From a virus (taxonomy: Duplodnaviria > Heunggongvirae > Uroviricota > Caudoviricetes): a stretch of DNA of 23,248 nt. The DNA is taken from IMG/VR virus record IMGVR_UViG_2537562015_000009; one strand, 5' to 3'. Below, piece by piece: positions 15,301 through 23,248 of this stretch. The position numbers were made by a program, and so were the translations under genes. Each line of letters opens with the position of its first letter. The first letter of the stretch is position 1. The notes under the pieces were generated by a model. The model made no database searches and had not been told where the DNA came from. It saw nothing but the letters and a program-made list of their open reading frames with translations.

Positions 15301-16065
15301 ATGGAAGAACAGCACGGTAATTACTTTATAAAACGAATTCAGTTGATTGGAAGGGGTGCATTTGGCTTTGTTGAACACGTTAAGGTTTACAACCTCAACA
15401 AGGGTGAATGTGGGGATTATGCTAGAAAGGTTTTAGCCCCCGAAAAACCAGAGCTTTTGGCGCAAATAGAGCAGTTTAGAAGGCGTTTTAAAAGGGAGGT
15501 CGTGTATCAATCACATTGCGTACATAGCAATATTGTTCCTATTTATTTGTGCGATTTGTTTGCCGAGAATCCATGGTTCATTATGGATAAAGCAGAATGT
15601 GATCTTGAGCACGAAATAACGAACAACCTTCTTACAACAGATCAAAAAATTTCAATAGTGAAAATGGTATTAGATGGTGTAGCTCACATCCATGCGAAAG
15701 GCTATTTACACAGAGATATAAAACCATTTAATGTCTTGCGATTTAGCGACGGAACATACAAGGTGTCTGATTTTGGTCTGGTAAAAGATACAAATCCCGA
15801 AGGGGATACCACTAAATTGACCGAGATCGGTACCCGTATGGGAAGTACAAGATATATGGCTCCCGAGATTTTATATAATGCCGAGTATTCAGTTAAGACT
15901 GATGTTTATGCGGTGGGGCGGTTAATTGAGGACTTAAATTTAGATGATAAAAAAATAAAGCCTATCATAGCGAAGTGTACCAGGATGGATAAAGATGATA
16001 GATATCAGACAATAGATGATGTGGCGTTTGATTTTGTGCATTCTTTTTTAAGGAGTGAGTCATGA
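15301..16065 (+). CDS. Eukaryotic-like (Hanks-type) Ser/Thr protein kinase, single-domain
   Basis: G-loop IGRGAFGFV, Lys in YARKVL, catalytic loop HRDIKPFN, DFG in VSDFGLV, APE in YMAPE; 254 aa from ATG 15301 (GGTGAG RBS); AT-rich relative to flanks. Confidence 0.85.
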   Translation: MEEQHGNYFIKRIQLIGRGAFGFVEHVKVYNLNKGECGDYARKVLAPEKPELLAQIEQFRRRFKREVVYQSHCVHSNIVPIYLCDLFAENPWFIMDKAECDLEHEITNNLLTTDQKISIVKMVLDGVAHIHAKGYLHRDIKPFNVLRFSDGTYKVSDFGLVKDTNPEGDTTKLTEIGTRMGSTRYMAPEILYNAEYSVKTDVYAVGRLIEDLNLDDKKIKPIIAKCTRMDKDDRYQTIDDVAFDFVHSFLRSES

Positions 16066-16805
16066 TTCAGCTGATAGCGACTTCATCATTCTCGTATCCA
16101 AAAGAACCAGGTAGGGTCAACGAAGATTCATTGCTTCCTCCCAAAATTGTAGGGGATGGCATCTTATTTGCCGTAGCTGATGGTGTAGGTTCATACACTG
16201 GTGCCAGTCAGGCTTCATCAATGGCAATTGCTGAACTTTCAGCATTGACAAGCTTATCTTTTGACACAGTTCCGGATGTATTTGATGAAGTTAAGCGAAA
16301 GGTTATGTCGTTAGCTGATGTTAATGATGAGTTCGATAAAGCTGCTACTACACTTACGTTTTGTTATGTTTGTGATAGCGGAATTATTATTGGTCATATT
16401 GGTGATTGTCGTTTGTATTGCATTGGAGAGAAGAAAGCATACCAATTGACGAAGGACGATACCAGGCATCAGATGCTAATTGATCAGAATATTTTTAAAC
16501 CCAGAGATTTGAAGGATAAACCGGGCAAAAATATCTTAACGACGGCTATAGCCTCAAATGTTGATATGGAATACGACTGTGATTTTATCACATGGAAAGA
16601 TTTACCTAGTATTAACGGGGTATATCATCTGTGTATCATGTCTGATGGGGTTCATAACGTTTGGGAAAAACGCCCCAGATTTACATCAAATACGATGAGT
16701 AATAGTCAGAAGTTTTCTAATGGCATTTTGCGTCGTATAGAGAGAGCCGGACCTGATGATGACTTTTCTTTAGTAAGTATAATGGTGCGTGTGACGTCAG
16801 ATTAG
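16062..16805 (+). CDS. PP2C-family (PPM) Ser/Thr protein phosphatase
   Basis: Motifs RVNEDS, FAVADGVGS, GHIGDCRLY, IMSDGV, GPDDDFS; ATG overlaps the kinase stop (ATGA), so probably translationally coupled. Confidence 0.8.
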   Translation: MIQLIATSSFSYPKEPGRVNEDSLLPPKIVGDGILFAVADGVGSYTGASQASSMAIAELSALTSLSFDTVPDVFDEVKRKVMSLADVNDEFDKAATTLTFCYVCDSGIIIGHIGDCRLYCIGEKKAYQLTKDDTRHQMLIDQNIFKPRDLKDKPGKNILTTAIASNVDMEYDCDFITWKDLPSINGVYHLCIMSDGVHNVWEKRPRFTSNTMSNSQKFSNGILRRIERAGPDDDFSLVSIMVRVTSD

Positions 16806-16878
16806 TTGTATAAACTCAGTAGGGAATGCTAATTTCACATACAACATAGTTAAAGAAAACTTAATTTTAATGTAAAAA

Positions 16879-16901
16879 GGCTGCCCTCAGGCGGTCTTTT
16901 T
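16879..16901 (+). terminator. Intrinsic terminator after kinase/phosphatase operon
   Basis: GGCTGCC-CTCA-GGCGGTC followed by TTTTT. Confidence 0.5.
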
Positions 16902-17026
16902 ATGCTCGAAAATTGATGCAGTACGTTAAACGCGCTGGTGGTTGCGAATACCGGTCTTTCAGCTTGCTGGCTTTTTAGACAAGAGTTATTGGTATGTCAC
17001 GTTAACCAGAAAAGGGAAAAAGACAT

Positions 17027-17222
17027 GCTAAAACAGCAGGATATGACCGAAACCGCCAGAGTGGTGTTTAATGAATTAAGCGTCACCGAACCGGCGACCG
17101 TCGGGGAAATTGCGCAGAATACTTACCTTTCACGCGAACGCTGCCAGTTAATCCTGACCCAGCTTGTTATGGCGGGTCTGGCAGATTATCAGTTCGGTTG
17201 TTACAGACGCCTTCTGCAGTGA
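17027..17222 (+). CDS. Small hypothetical protein, possible winged-helix DNA-binding protein (65 aa)
   Basis: First ATG in the track ORF 16938..17222; purine-rich upstream; ..TVGEIAQNTYLSRERCQLILTQLVMAGL.. HTH-like. Confidence 0.4.
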
Positions 17223-17372
17223 AGGCTTTTTAATTTGTGGTAATGGGCGGCTGGTGGGTGTTAGCGGCACCTGCCAGCCATCTGCTCATGCGTTGGGGTC
17301 ACAAGCAAACCTCAGGCCCATCTGCTTTGCGCAAAAGCAGTATGAGCCTATCAGAGAAGTGCTTATTGATCT

Positions 17373-18422
17373 ATGACTAATACTGTAAAAATATCCAGTT
17401 GTGAGTTGATCAACGCTGATTGCCTGAAATTTATCCAGACCTTACCGGAAAACTCTGTCGATCTGATAGTCACAGACCCGCCATACTTTAAAGTGAAGCC
17501 CGAGGGCTGGGATAACCAGTGGGAGGGCGACGATGATTACCTGAAATGGCTGGACCAGTGTCTGGCGCAGTTCTGGCGGGTACTGAAGCCTGCCGGAAGT
17601 CTTTACCTGTTCTGTGGTCATCGCCTGGCATCTGACACCGAAATCATGATGCGTGAGCGCTTTAATGTGCTGAACCACATTATCTGGGCGAAGCCGTCCG
17701 GACGCTGGAACGGGTGCAATAAGGAAAGTCTGCGGGCGTATTTTCCGGCAACAGAGCGCATTCTGTTTGCAGAACATTATCAGGGACCGTATCGCCCGAA
17801 AGATGATGGCTATGTGGCACAGGGGCGCGAGCTAAAACAGCACGTCATGGCCCCGCTGATTTCTTACTTTCGTGATGCGCGTAAATCACTGGGAATAACG
17901 TCAAAACAGATAGCGGAAGCCACCGGAAAGAAAAACATGGCTTCGCACTGGTTTGGTACCAGTCAGTGGCAGTTACCGAACGAGGGTGATTACAACAAAT
18001 TGCAGGCGTTGTTTGCGCGTGTTGCGGCAGAAAAACATCAGCGCGGGGAACTGGAAAAACCACACCACCAGCTGGTCAGCACATACAGTGAGCTGAACCG
18101 GCAGTATACGGAATTGCTGAGTGAATATAAAAATTTGCGGCGGTATTTCGGTGTGACGGCGCAGGTTCCGTACACCGATGTCTGGACGCATAAACCGGTG
18201 CAGTACTATCCAGGGAAACATCCGTGCGAAAAACCGGCAGAAATGCTGCAGCAGATAATCAACGCGAGCAGTCGTCCGGGAGACCTGGTTGCAGATTTTT
18301 TTATGGGTTCAGGTTCAACGGTAAAAGCGGCGATGGCACTGGGGCGTTGTGCGATTGGTGTTGAGCTGGAGACAGGACGTTTTGAACAGACAGTCAGGGA
18401 AGTTCAGGATTTAATCGTTTGA
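17373..18422 (+). CDS. Orphan DNA methyltransferase (beta-class N6-adenine or N4-cytosine)
   Basis: Motif IV DLIVTDPPYF near the N-terminus and motif I FFMGSGST near the C-terminus; no adjacent restriction endonuclease. Confidence 0.85.
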   Translation: MTNTVKISSCELINADCLKFIQTLPENSVDLIVTDPPYFKVKPEGWDNQWEGDDDYLKWLDQCLAQFWRVLKPAGSLYLFCGHRLASDTEIMMRERFNVLNHIIWAKPSGRWNGCNKESLRAYFPATERILFAEHYQGPYRPKDDGYVAQGRELKQHVMAPLISYFRDARKSLGITSKQIAEATGKKNMASHWFGTSQWQLPNEGDYNKLQALFARVAAEKHQRGELEKPHHQLVSTYSELNRQYTELLSEYKNLRRYFGVTAQVPYTDVWTHKPVQYYPGKHPCEKPAEMLQQIINASSRPGDLVADFFMGSGSTVKAAMALGRCAIGVELETGRFEQTVREVQDLIV

Positions 18423-18471
18423 AACGGATGAGATTGCAGAATTAATTACGCACCATTATTATTCTGCTCCC

Positions 18472-18547
18472 GGCCCTTTAGCTCAGTGGTGAGAGCGAGC
18501 GACTCATAATCGCCAGGTCGCTGGTTCAAATCCAGCAAGGGCCACCA
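18472..18547 (+). tRNA. tRNA with CAT anticodon, IleX-like (tRNA-Ile2; formally Met/Ile CAU)
   Basis: Cloverleaf with acceptor GGCCCTT/AAGGGCC, anticodon loop CTCATAA (CAT at 18505-18507), 3' CCA; near-identical to E. coli ileX from memory. Confidence 0.8.
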
Positions 18548-18548
18548 A

Positions 18549-18625
18549 CCGTCACCAGTTCATCAGGAAAGAGCGTCAACCCTTTAAGTTGAGTGTGCGA
18601 GGTTCGAGTCCTCGGTGGCGGGCCA
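18549..18625 (+). tRNA. tRNA-like gene with atypical anticodon loop (CCTTTAA; C at position 33), identity uncertain, possibly pseudo-tRNA
   Basis: Acceptor CCGTCAC/GTGGCGG (one G-U), T-arm CGAGG-TTCGAGT-CCTCG, 3' CCA; anticodon stem TCAAC/GTTGA; loop lacks the conserved U33. Confidence 0.5.
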
Positions 18626-18627
18626 GT

Positions 18628-18703
<76 letters not shown>

Positions 18704-18706
18704 TAT

Positions 18707-18781
<75 letters not shown>

Positions 18782-19159
18782 GCATTTGAAATAAGCCTTA
18801 TTGTATTGCAGCACTGGCGTATTTTTTATTACGTGGGAGCAGGTTGTTTTAAGAGACATTCTGTTCTCTGGCTATGATTTGAGGCCAGGTTAGCCTCAGT
18901 GCTGATTTTTTTTACGACAGCAGAATGGTGCATTATCGGTGGAGATTTTGTATTTCCTGGCAGGGTCGGTAATGCATCATTCTGATGTTGTAAGCATCGC
19001 TCAGAATAACGTTGAGATTAATCGCGTACTAAGCAAAACTTGGAAATACATCCTTAACCGCCGCACCAGGCGGTTTTTTTTATTCATTTTTTTCATGGCT
19101 CGCTACGGCGGGCCTTTTTCATATCCTCGCCACACCCGGCGCATATCACATCAAATATG

Positions 19160-19402
19160 GCTTACAGCCGTGTGTCGACTTTCTCCGGGGATTATCTCCG
19201 CGTAACTGACAACAAGGGGAAAACGCACGACGTGCTGACCGGAAGTGATGACGGTCGCCACAGCAATACCTCTCTGGCGTGGGGAGCTGGCGTGCAGTTT
19301 AACCCGACCGAATCCGTGGCCGTTGATGTCGCTTATGAAGGCTCCGGCAGCGGTGACTGGCGTACCAACAGTTTCATCGTGGGTGTCGGCTATAAATTCT
19401 GA
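19160..19402 (+). pseudogene. lom: lom (Lom/Ail/OmpX-family outer membrane protein), 5'-truncated remnant
   Basis: Encodes only the C-terminal part, ..AYSRVSTFSGDYLRVTDNKGKTHDVLTGSDDGRHSNTSLAWGAGVQFNPTESVAVDVAYEGSGSGDWRTNSFIVGVGYKF, matching lambda Lom residues from about 127 to the end; no N-terminal coding sequence upstream. Confidence 0.7.
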
Positions 19403-19428
19403 TTAGCCAGGTAACACAGTGTTATGAC

Positions 19429-19455
19429 AGCCCGCCGGTTCAGGCGGGCTTTTTT
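19429..19455 (+). terminator. Intrinsic terminator after lom remnant
   Basis: AGCCCGCC-GGTTCA-GGCGGGCT followed by TTTTTT. Confidence 0.6.
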
Positions 19456-19468
19456 GTGGGGGGGGAAT

Positions 19469-22438
19469 ATGGCAGTACTGATTTCAGGTGTACTGAAAGA
19501 CGGTGCAGGTAAGCCGATACAAAACTGCACCATTCAGCTAAAGGCCAGGCGCAACAGCACCACGGTGGTGGTGAACACAGTGGCCTCAGAAAATCCGGAT
19601 GAAGCCGGGCGTTATACAATGGACGTCGAGTATGGTCAGTACAGCGTCAGTCTGTTGGTGGAGGGGTTCCCGCCGTCACACGCCGGGATTATCACCGTAT
19701 ATGAGGACTCAAAGCCTGGCACACTGAATGATTTCCTCGGTGCAATGACGGAGGATGATGCCCGTCCGGAGGCACTGCGCCGTTTTGAGCTGATGGTGGA
19801 AGAGGTGGCGCGTAACGCCTCCGCGGTGGCACAGAACACGGCAGCCGCGAAGAAGTCAGCCAGCGATGCCAGCACATCAGCCCGTGAGGCGGCAACCCGT
19901 GCGACTGATGCTGCAGGCTTAGCACGTGCCGCCAGCACGTCAGCCGGACAGGCCGCATCGTCGGCTCAGTCAGCGTCTTCCAGCGCAGGAACGGCATCGA
20001 CAAAGGCCAGTGAAGCAGCGAAAAGTGCTGCTGCTGCAGAGTCATCAAAAAGCGCGGCAGCTACCAGCGCCAGTGCCGCGAAAACGTCAGAAACGAATGC
20101 CGCAGCATCACAAAAATCGGCAGCCACTTCTGCATCCACAGCGACCACGAAGGCGTCAGAAGCTGCCACCTCGGCACGGGGTGCGGCGGCCTCAAAAGAG
20201 GCAGCGAAATCATCAGAAACGAATGCATCATCAAGTGCCAGTAGTGCAGCTTCCTCGGCAACGGCGGCAGGAAATTCCGCGAAGGCGGCAAAAACGTCCG
20301 AGACGAACGCTAAGTCTTCTGAAACAGCAGCGGGACAGAGCGCCTCAGCTGCGGCAGGTTCAAAAACAGCGGCTGCGTCGTCTGCCAGTGCCGCGTCAAC
20401 AAGTGCCGGGCAGGCCTCAGCCAGTGCCACCGCCGCCGGAAAATCGGCAGAAAGCGCCGCATCATCCGCTTCAACAGCCACAACGAAGGCTGGCGAAGCC
20501 ACTGAGCAAGCCACTGCAGCAGCGAGGTCTGCTTCTGCAGCAAAAACCTCTGAAACAAATGCAAAGACTTCAGCAGACAATGCTGCTTCCTCTAAGGCGG
20601 CAGCCGCATCGTCCGCTGGTTCAGCGGCGTCATCGGCATCATCTGCGTCTGCTTCAAAAGATGAGGCGACCAGACAAGCGTCAGCAGCGAAAGGTAGTGC
20701 CACGACAGCAACAACGAAAGCATCAGAGGCGGCAGGCAGTGCGACGGCTGCATCTCAGAGCAAAGTTGCTGCTGAATCCGCGGCAACGCGTGCCGAAACA
20801 GCAGCAAAACGGGCAGAGGATATTGCTGATGCCGTATCTCTGGAAGATGCGAGCACGACGAAAAAAGGTGTGGTTCAGCTTAGTAGTGCAACCAATAGCG
20901 CATCTGAAACGCAGGCTGCAACGCCGAAAGCAGTAAAGGCCGCGTATGACCTTGCTGGCGCAAAATATACCGCTCAGGACGCCACGACGGCACAAAAAGG
21001 GATAGTCCAGCTCAGTAGTGCCACCAACAGCACGTCTGAAACACTGGCTGCGACACCGAAAGCGGTTAAGGCGGTAATGGATGAAACAAATAAGAAAGCC
21101 CCATTAAACAGCCCGGCGCTGACCGGAACGCCAACAACGCCAACTGCGCCAAAAGGGACTAATAATACTCAGATCGCAAGCACGGCTTATGTGATGGCCG
21201 CGATTGCCGCACTTGTAGATTCGTCACCTGATGCACTGAACACGCTGAACGAGCTGGCGGCGGCGCTGGGCAACGACCCGAATTTTGCGACCACCATGAC
21301 TAACGCGCTTGCGGGTAAGCAACCGAAAGATGCCACCCTGACGGCGCTGGCCGGGCTTGCTACTGCGGCAGACAGGTTTCCGTATTTTACGGGGAATGAT
21401 GTCGCCAGCCTGGCAACCCTGACAAAAGTCGGGCGGGATATTCTTGCGAAATCGACCGTTGCCGCCGTTATCGAATACCTCGGTTTACAGGAAACGGTAA
21501 ATCAGGCTTCTGGCGCATTACAGAAAAAACAGAACGGCGCAGATATTCCGGGAAAAGATACCTTCACCAAAAACATTGGGGCCTGCCGCGCATATAGCGC
21601 ATGGCTGAATATTGGTGGCGATAGTCAGGTCTGGACAACCGCGCAATTTATTTCGTGGCTGGAGAGTCAGGGAGCATTTAACCATCCTTACTGGATGTGC
21701 AAAGGCTCATGGGCTTATGCACATAATAAGGTCATTACAGATACAGGTTGCGGAAATATTTGTCTTGCAGGTGCTGTGGTGGAAGTTATTGGCACTCGCG
21801 GCGCAATGACCATACGCGTTACTACGCCGAGCACGTCCAGCGGTGGCGGAATTACTAACGCTCAATTCACTTATATTAATCATGGTGATGCTTACGCTCC
21901 TGGCTGGCGACGAGACTACAACACGAAAAACCAGCAGCCTGCATTTGCTTTAGGGCAAACAGGACGCAGGGTCGCAAATGATAAAGCTGTTGGCTGGAAC
22001 TGGAATAGCGGTGTTTATGATGCAGATATCAGTGGTGCATCGACATTAATCCTCCACTTCAATATGAATGCGGGGAGTTGCCCTGCTGTACAGTTCCGCG
22101 TGAATTACAGGAACGGCGGTATTTTTTATCGTTCAGCGCGTGATGGTTATGGCTTTGAAGCTAACTGGTCAGAGTTTTACACCACAACACGCAAACCCTC
22201 TGCGGGGGATGTTGGTGCATATACGCAGGCAGAATGTAACTCAAGGTTTATTACAGGTATTCGCCTTGGCGGTCTGTCATCTGTTCAGACATGGAAAGGC
22301 CCCGGCTGGTCTGACAGGTCAGGTTATGTCGTTACGGGTTCAGTTAACGGAAACCGTGATGAATTAATTGATACAACTCAGGCAAGGCCAATTCAGTATT
22401 GCATTAATGGGACGTGGTATAACGCGGGGAGTATTTAA
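19469..22438 (+). CDS. stf: Side tail fibre protein (lambda Stf / StfR-like)
   Basis: From ATG 19469 the N-terminus MAVLISGVLKDGAGKPIQNCTIQLKARRNSTTVVVNT.. closely matches lambda Stf; long Ala/Ser-rich repeat region; duplicated KGxVQLSSATNSxSETxAATPKAVK motifs. Confidence 0.85.
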   Translation: MAVLISGVLKDGAGKPIQNCTIQLKARRNSTTVVVNTVASENPDEAGRYTMDVEYGQYSVSLLVEGFPPSHAGIITVYEDSKPGTLNDFLGAMTEDDARPEALRRFELMVEEVARNASAVAQNTAAAKKSASDASTSAREAATRATDAAGLARAASTSAGQAASSAQSASSSAGTASTKASEAAKSAAAAESSKSAAATSASAAKTSETNAAASQKSAATSASTATTKASEAATSARGAAASKEAAKSSETNASSSASSAASSATAAGNSAKAAKTSETNAKSSETAAGQSASAAAGSKTAAASSASAASTSAGQASASATAAGKSAESAASSASTATTKAGEATEQATAAARSASAAKTSETNAKTSADNAASSKAAAASSAGSAASSASSASASKDEATRQASAAKGSATTATTKASEAAGSATAASQSKVAAESAATRAETAAKRAEDIADAVSLEDASTTKKGVVQLSSATNSASETQAATPKAVKAAYDLAGAKYTAQDATTAQKGIVQLSSATNSTSETLAATPKAVKAVMDETNKKAPLNSPALTGTPTTPTAPKGTNNTQIASTAYVMAAIAALVDSSPDALNTLNELAAALGNDPNFATTMTNALAGKQPKDATLTALAGLATAADRFPYFTGNDVASLATLTKVGRDILAKSTVAAVIEYLGLQETVNQASGALQKKQNGADIPGKDTFTKNIGACRAYSAWLNIGGDSQVWTTAQFISWLESQGAFNHPYWMCKGSWAYAHNKVITDTGCGNICLAGAVVEVIGTRGAMTIRVTTPSTSSGGGITNAQFTYINHGDAYAPGWRRDYNTKNQQPAFALGQTGRRVANDKAVGWNWNSGVYDADISGASTLILHFNMNAGSCPAVQFRVNYRNGGIFYRSARDGYGFEANWSEFYTTTRKPSAGDVGAYTQAECNSRFITGIRLGGLSSVQTWKGPGWSDRSGYVVTGSVNGNRDELIDTTQARPIQYCINGTWYNAGSI
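19800..20830. repeat. Ala/Ser/Thr-rich low-complexity coding repeats within stf
   Basis: Recurrent GCx/TCx-rich units encoding ..KTSETNA(K/A)SS../..ASSASxA..; explains the long out-of-frame and antisense ORFs in the track. Confidence 0.7.
21468..21493. other. Putative Gin/Pin/Hin-family invertase crossover site (gix/pix-like) inside stf
   Basis: TTATCGAATACCTCGGTTTACAGGAA closely resembles the Mu gix / Salmonella hix 26 bp sites as recalled (TTATCCAAAACCTCGGTTTACAGGAA); lies at the constant/variable junction of stf, encoding ..IEYLGLQE.. Confidence 0.5.
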
Positions 22439-22440
22439 CG

Positions 22441-22974
22441 ATGATGCACTTAAAAAACATTACTGCTGGCAACCCTAAAACAAAAGAGCAATACCAGCTA
22501 ACAAAGCAATTTAACATCAAATGGCTTTATTCAGATGATGGAAAAAACTGGTATGAGGAACAAAAGAATTTCCAGCCAGACACTTTGAAAATGGTCTATG
22601 ACCATAACGGCGTTATTATTTGTATTGAAAAGGATGTTTCAGCAATTAATCCAGAGGGTGCAAGCGTCGTTGAATTACCTGATATTACAGCAAATCGCCG
22701 GGCTGATATTTCGGGGAAATGGATGTTCAAAGATGGCGTAGTGATAAAGCGAACTTATACCGAGGAAGAGCAGAGGCAACAAGCGGAAAATGAAAAGCAA
22801 AGCCTGTTGCAACTTGTCAGGGATAAAACCCAGCTATGGGACTCACAGCTACGGCTGGGCATCATTTCCGACGAGAATAAACAAAAATTAACCGAGTGGA
22901 TGCTCTATGCGCAGAAAGTCGAATCTACAGACACCTCCAGCCTGCCAGTAACATTTCCAGAACAACCAGCATGA
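22441..22974 (+). CDS. tfa: Tail fibre assembly protein
   Basis: 177 aa immediately after stf; C-terminal region ..MFKDGVVIKRTYTEEEQRQQAENEKQSLL.. is the conserved Tfa domain. Confidence 0.8.
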   Translation: MMHLKNITAGNPKTKEQYQLTKQFNIKWLYSDDGKNWYEEQKNFQPDTLKMVYDHNGVIICIEKDVSAINPEGASVVELPDITANRRADISGKWMFKDGVVIKRTYTEEEQRQQAENEKQSLLQLVRDKTQLWDSQLRLGIISDENKQKLTEWMLYAQKVESTDTSSLPVTFPEQPA

Positions 22975-22977
22975 AAC

Positions 22978-22997
22978 AAGGCCCGATAGCGGGCCTT
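22978..22997. terminator. Hairpin between convergent tfa genes (bidirectional terminator-like)
   Basis: AAGGCCCG-ATAG-CGGGCCTT, followed by A/T-rich sequence. Confidence 0.4.
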
Positions 22998-23002
22998 AAT
23001 TT

Positions 23003-23248
23003 TTATTCAGGCTTTTGTGGCCATTCAGGATTTGCCGTATCCACACGGCTGACCAGAACACTGTAGCGTCCCCATGCTTCCAGTCGTGTGCGTTCCTCGT
23101 CTGTTGCCATATTCAGCCTGACAGCGCGTTCCAGCGGCCGAATAACGCTTTCTGCTTCGGAAAGTAACGCGGCCTTTTGTGATTCGGCCTGTTGTTGCTG
23201 TTCGTCAGCCGTATAAATCCGTTTAACGACTGCGTCGTCCTTAAACAT
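23003..23248 (-). CDS. Tail fibre assembly protein, alternative inverted copy (partial; 5' end beyond window)
   Basis: Minus-strand C-terminal Tfa domain [29 protein letters not shown].. parallels the plus-strand tfa C-terminus; the Met at the window edge is probably internal. Confidence 0.7.
   Translation of the reverse strand: MFKDDAVVKRIYTADEQQQQAESQKAALLSEAESVIRPLERAVRLNMATDEERTRLEAWGRYSVLVSRVDTANPEWPQKPE

Noticed and set aside
17164-17376. 70 aa ORF between the small wHTH-like gene and the methyltransferase
   Set aside because: TTG start with no RBS, overlaps the preceding gene, no internal Met; likely non-coding leader of the methyltransferase gene.
18782-19160. Possible insertion sequence at the deletion junction
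   Set aside because: No transposase-like ORF and no terminal inverted repeats or target duplications visible; region is too short for a complete IS.
18782-19160. Shiga toxin genes downstream of the tRNA block (the position of stx in Stx phages)
   Set aside because: No ORFs resembling the A subunit (about 315 aa) or B subunit (about 89 aa) are present; the region is non-coding.
18939-19205. 88 aa ORF in the junction region upstream of the lom remnant
   Set aside because: No RBS, runs across a terminator-like hairpin and into the lom frame boundary; appears to be chance ORF in remnant DNA.
19411-19423. Palindrome TAACACAGTGTTA between lom and stf as a possible extra operator
   Set aside because: Half-site spacing differs from the GTAAC-N4-GTTAC operators and it sits in the lom terminator region far from any promoter; probably fortuitous.
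19926-20936. 336 aa Arg/Gln/Pro-rich ORF on the plus strand and a 245 aa Ala-rich ORF (19966..20703) on the minus strand
   Set aside because: Both lie entirely inside stf in alternative frames and arise from the GC-rich Ala/Ser codon repeats; no RBS; their composition mirrors the repeat and is not protein-like.

Overview
The window is a segment of an enterobacterial (E. coli-like) lambdoid prophage with Rac/Qin-like mosaic organisation, and it appears defective. From the left: lambda-type integrase and excisionase (minus strand), a RecE-like exonuclease and small early-left genes, then a P22 C2-like repressor and Cro-like switch with GTAAC-N4-GTTAC operators. Next come an O-like/DnaC-like replication module with iteron-like repeats, a nin-like region carrying a hok/sok type I toxin locus and a Doc-family toxin pair, then DUF968, RusA and a Q-like antiterminator. 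Downstream of Q, where lysis genes or stx would normally sit, is an AT-rich accessory block: a eukaryotic-like Ser/Thr kinase with a PP2C phosphatase, an orphan DNA methyltransferase and four tandem tRNA genes. An abrupt junction then leads into a 5'-truncated lom, a side tail fibre gene containing a Gin/Pin-type crossover site, tfa, and an inverted partial tfa copy. No lysis, head or tail-shaft genes are present. The strongest candidates for undescribed biology are the kinase/phosphatase operon, the repressor carrying Ala in place of the catalytic Ser of its S24 peptidase motif, and the unrecognised genes beside the immunity region. All calls rest on reading the sequence and ORF track by eye; no database search was run. 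Note that the ORF track prints M for alternative starts (e.g. the 6797 start is TTG), so several starts were re-assigned to ATG/GTG codons with a ribosome-binding site.
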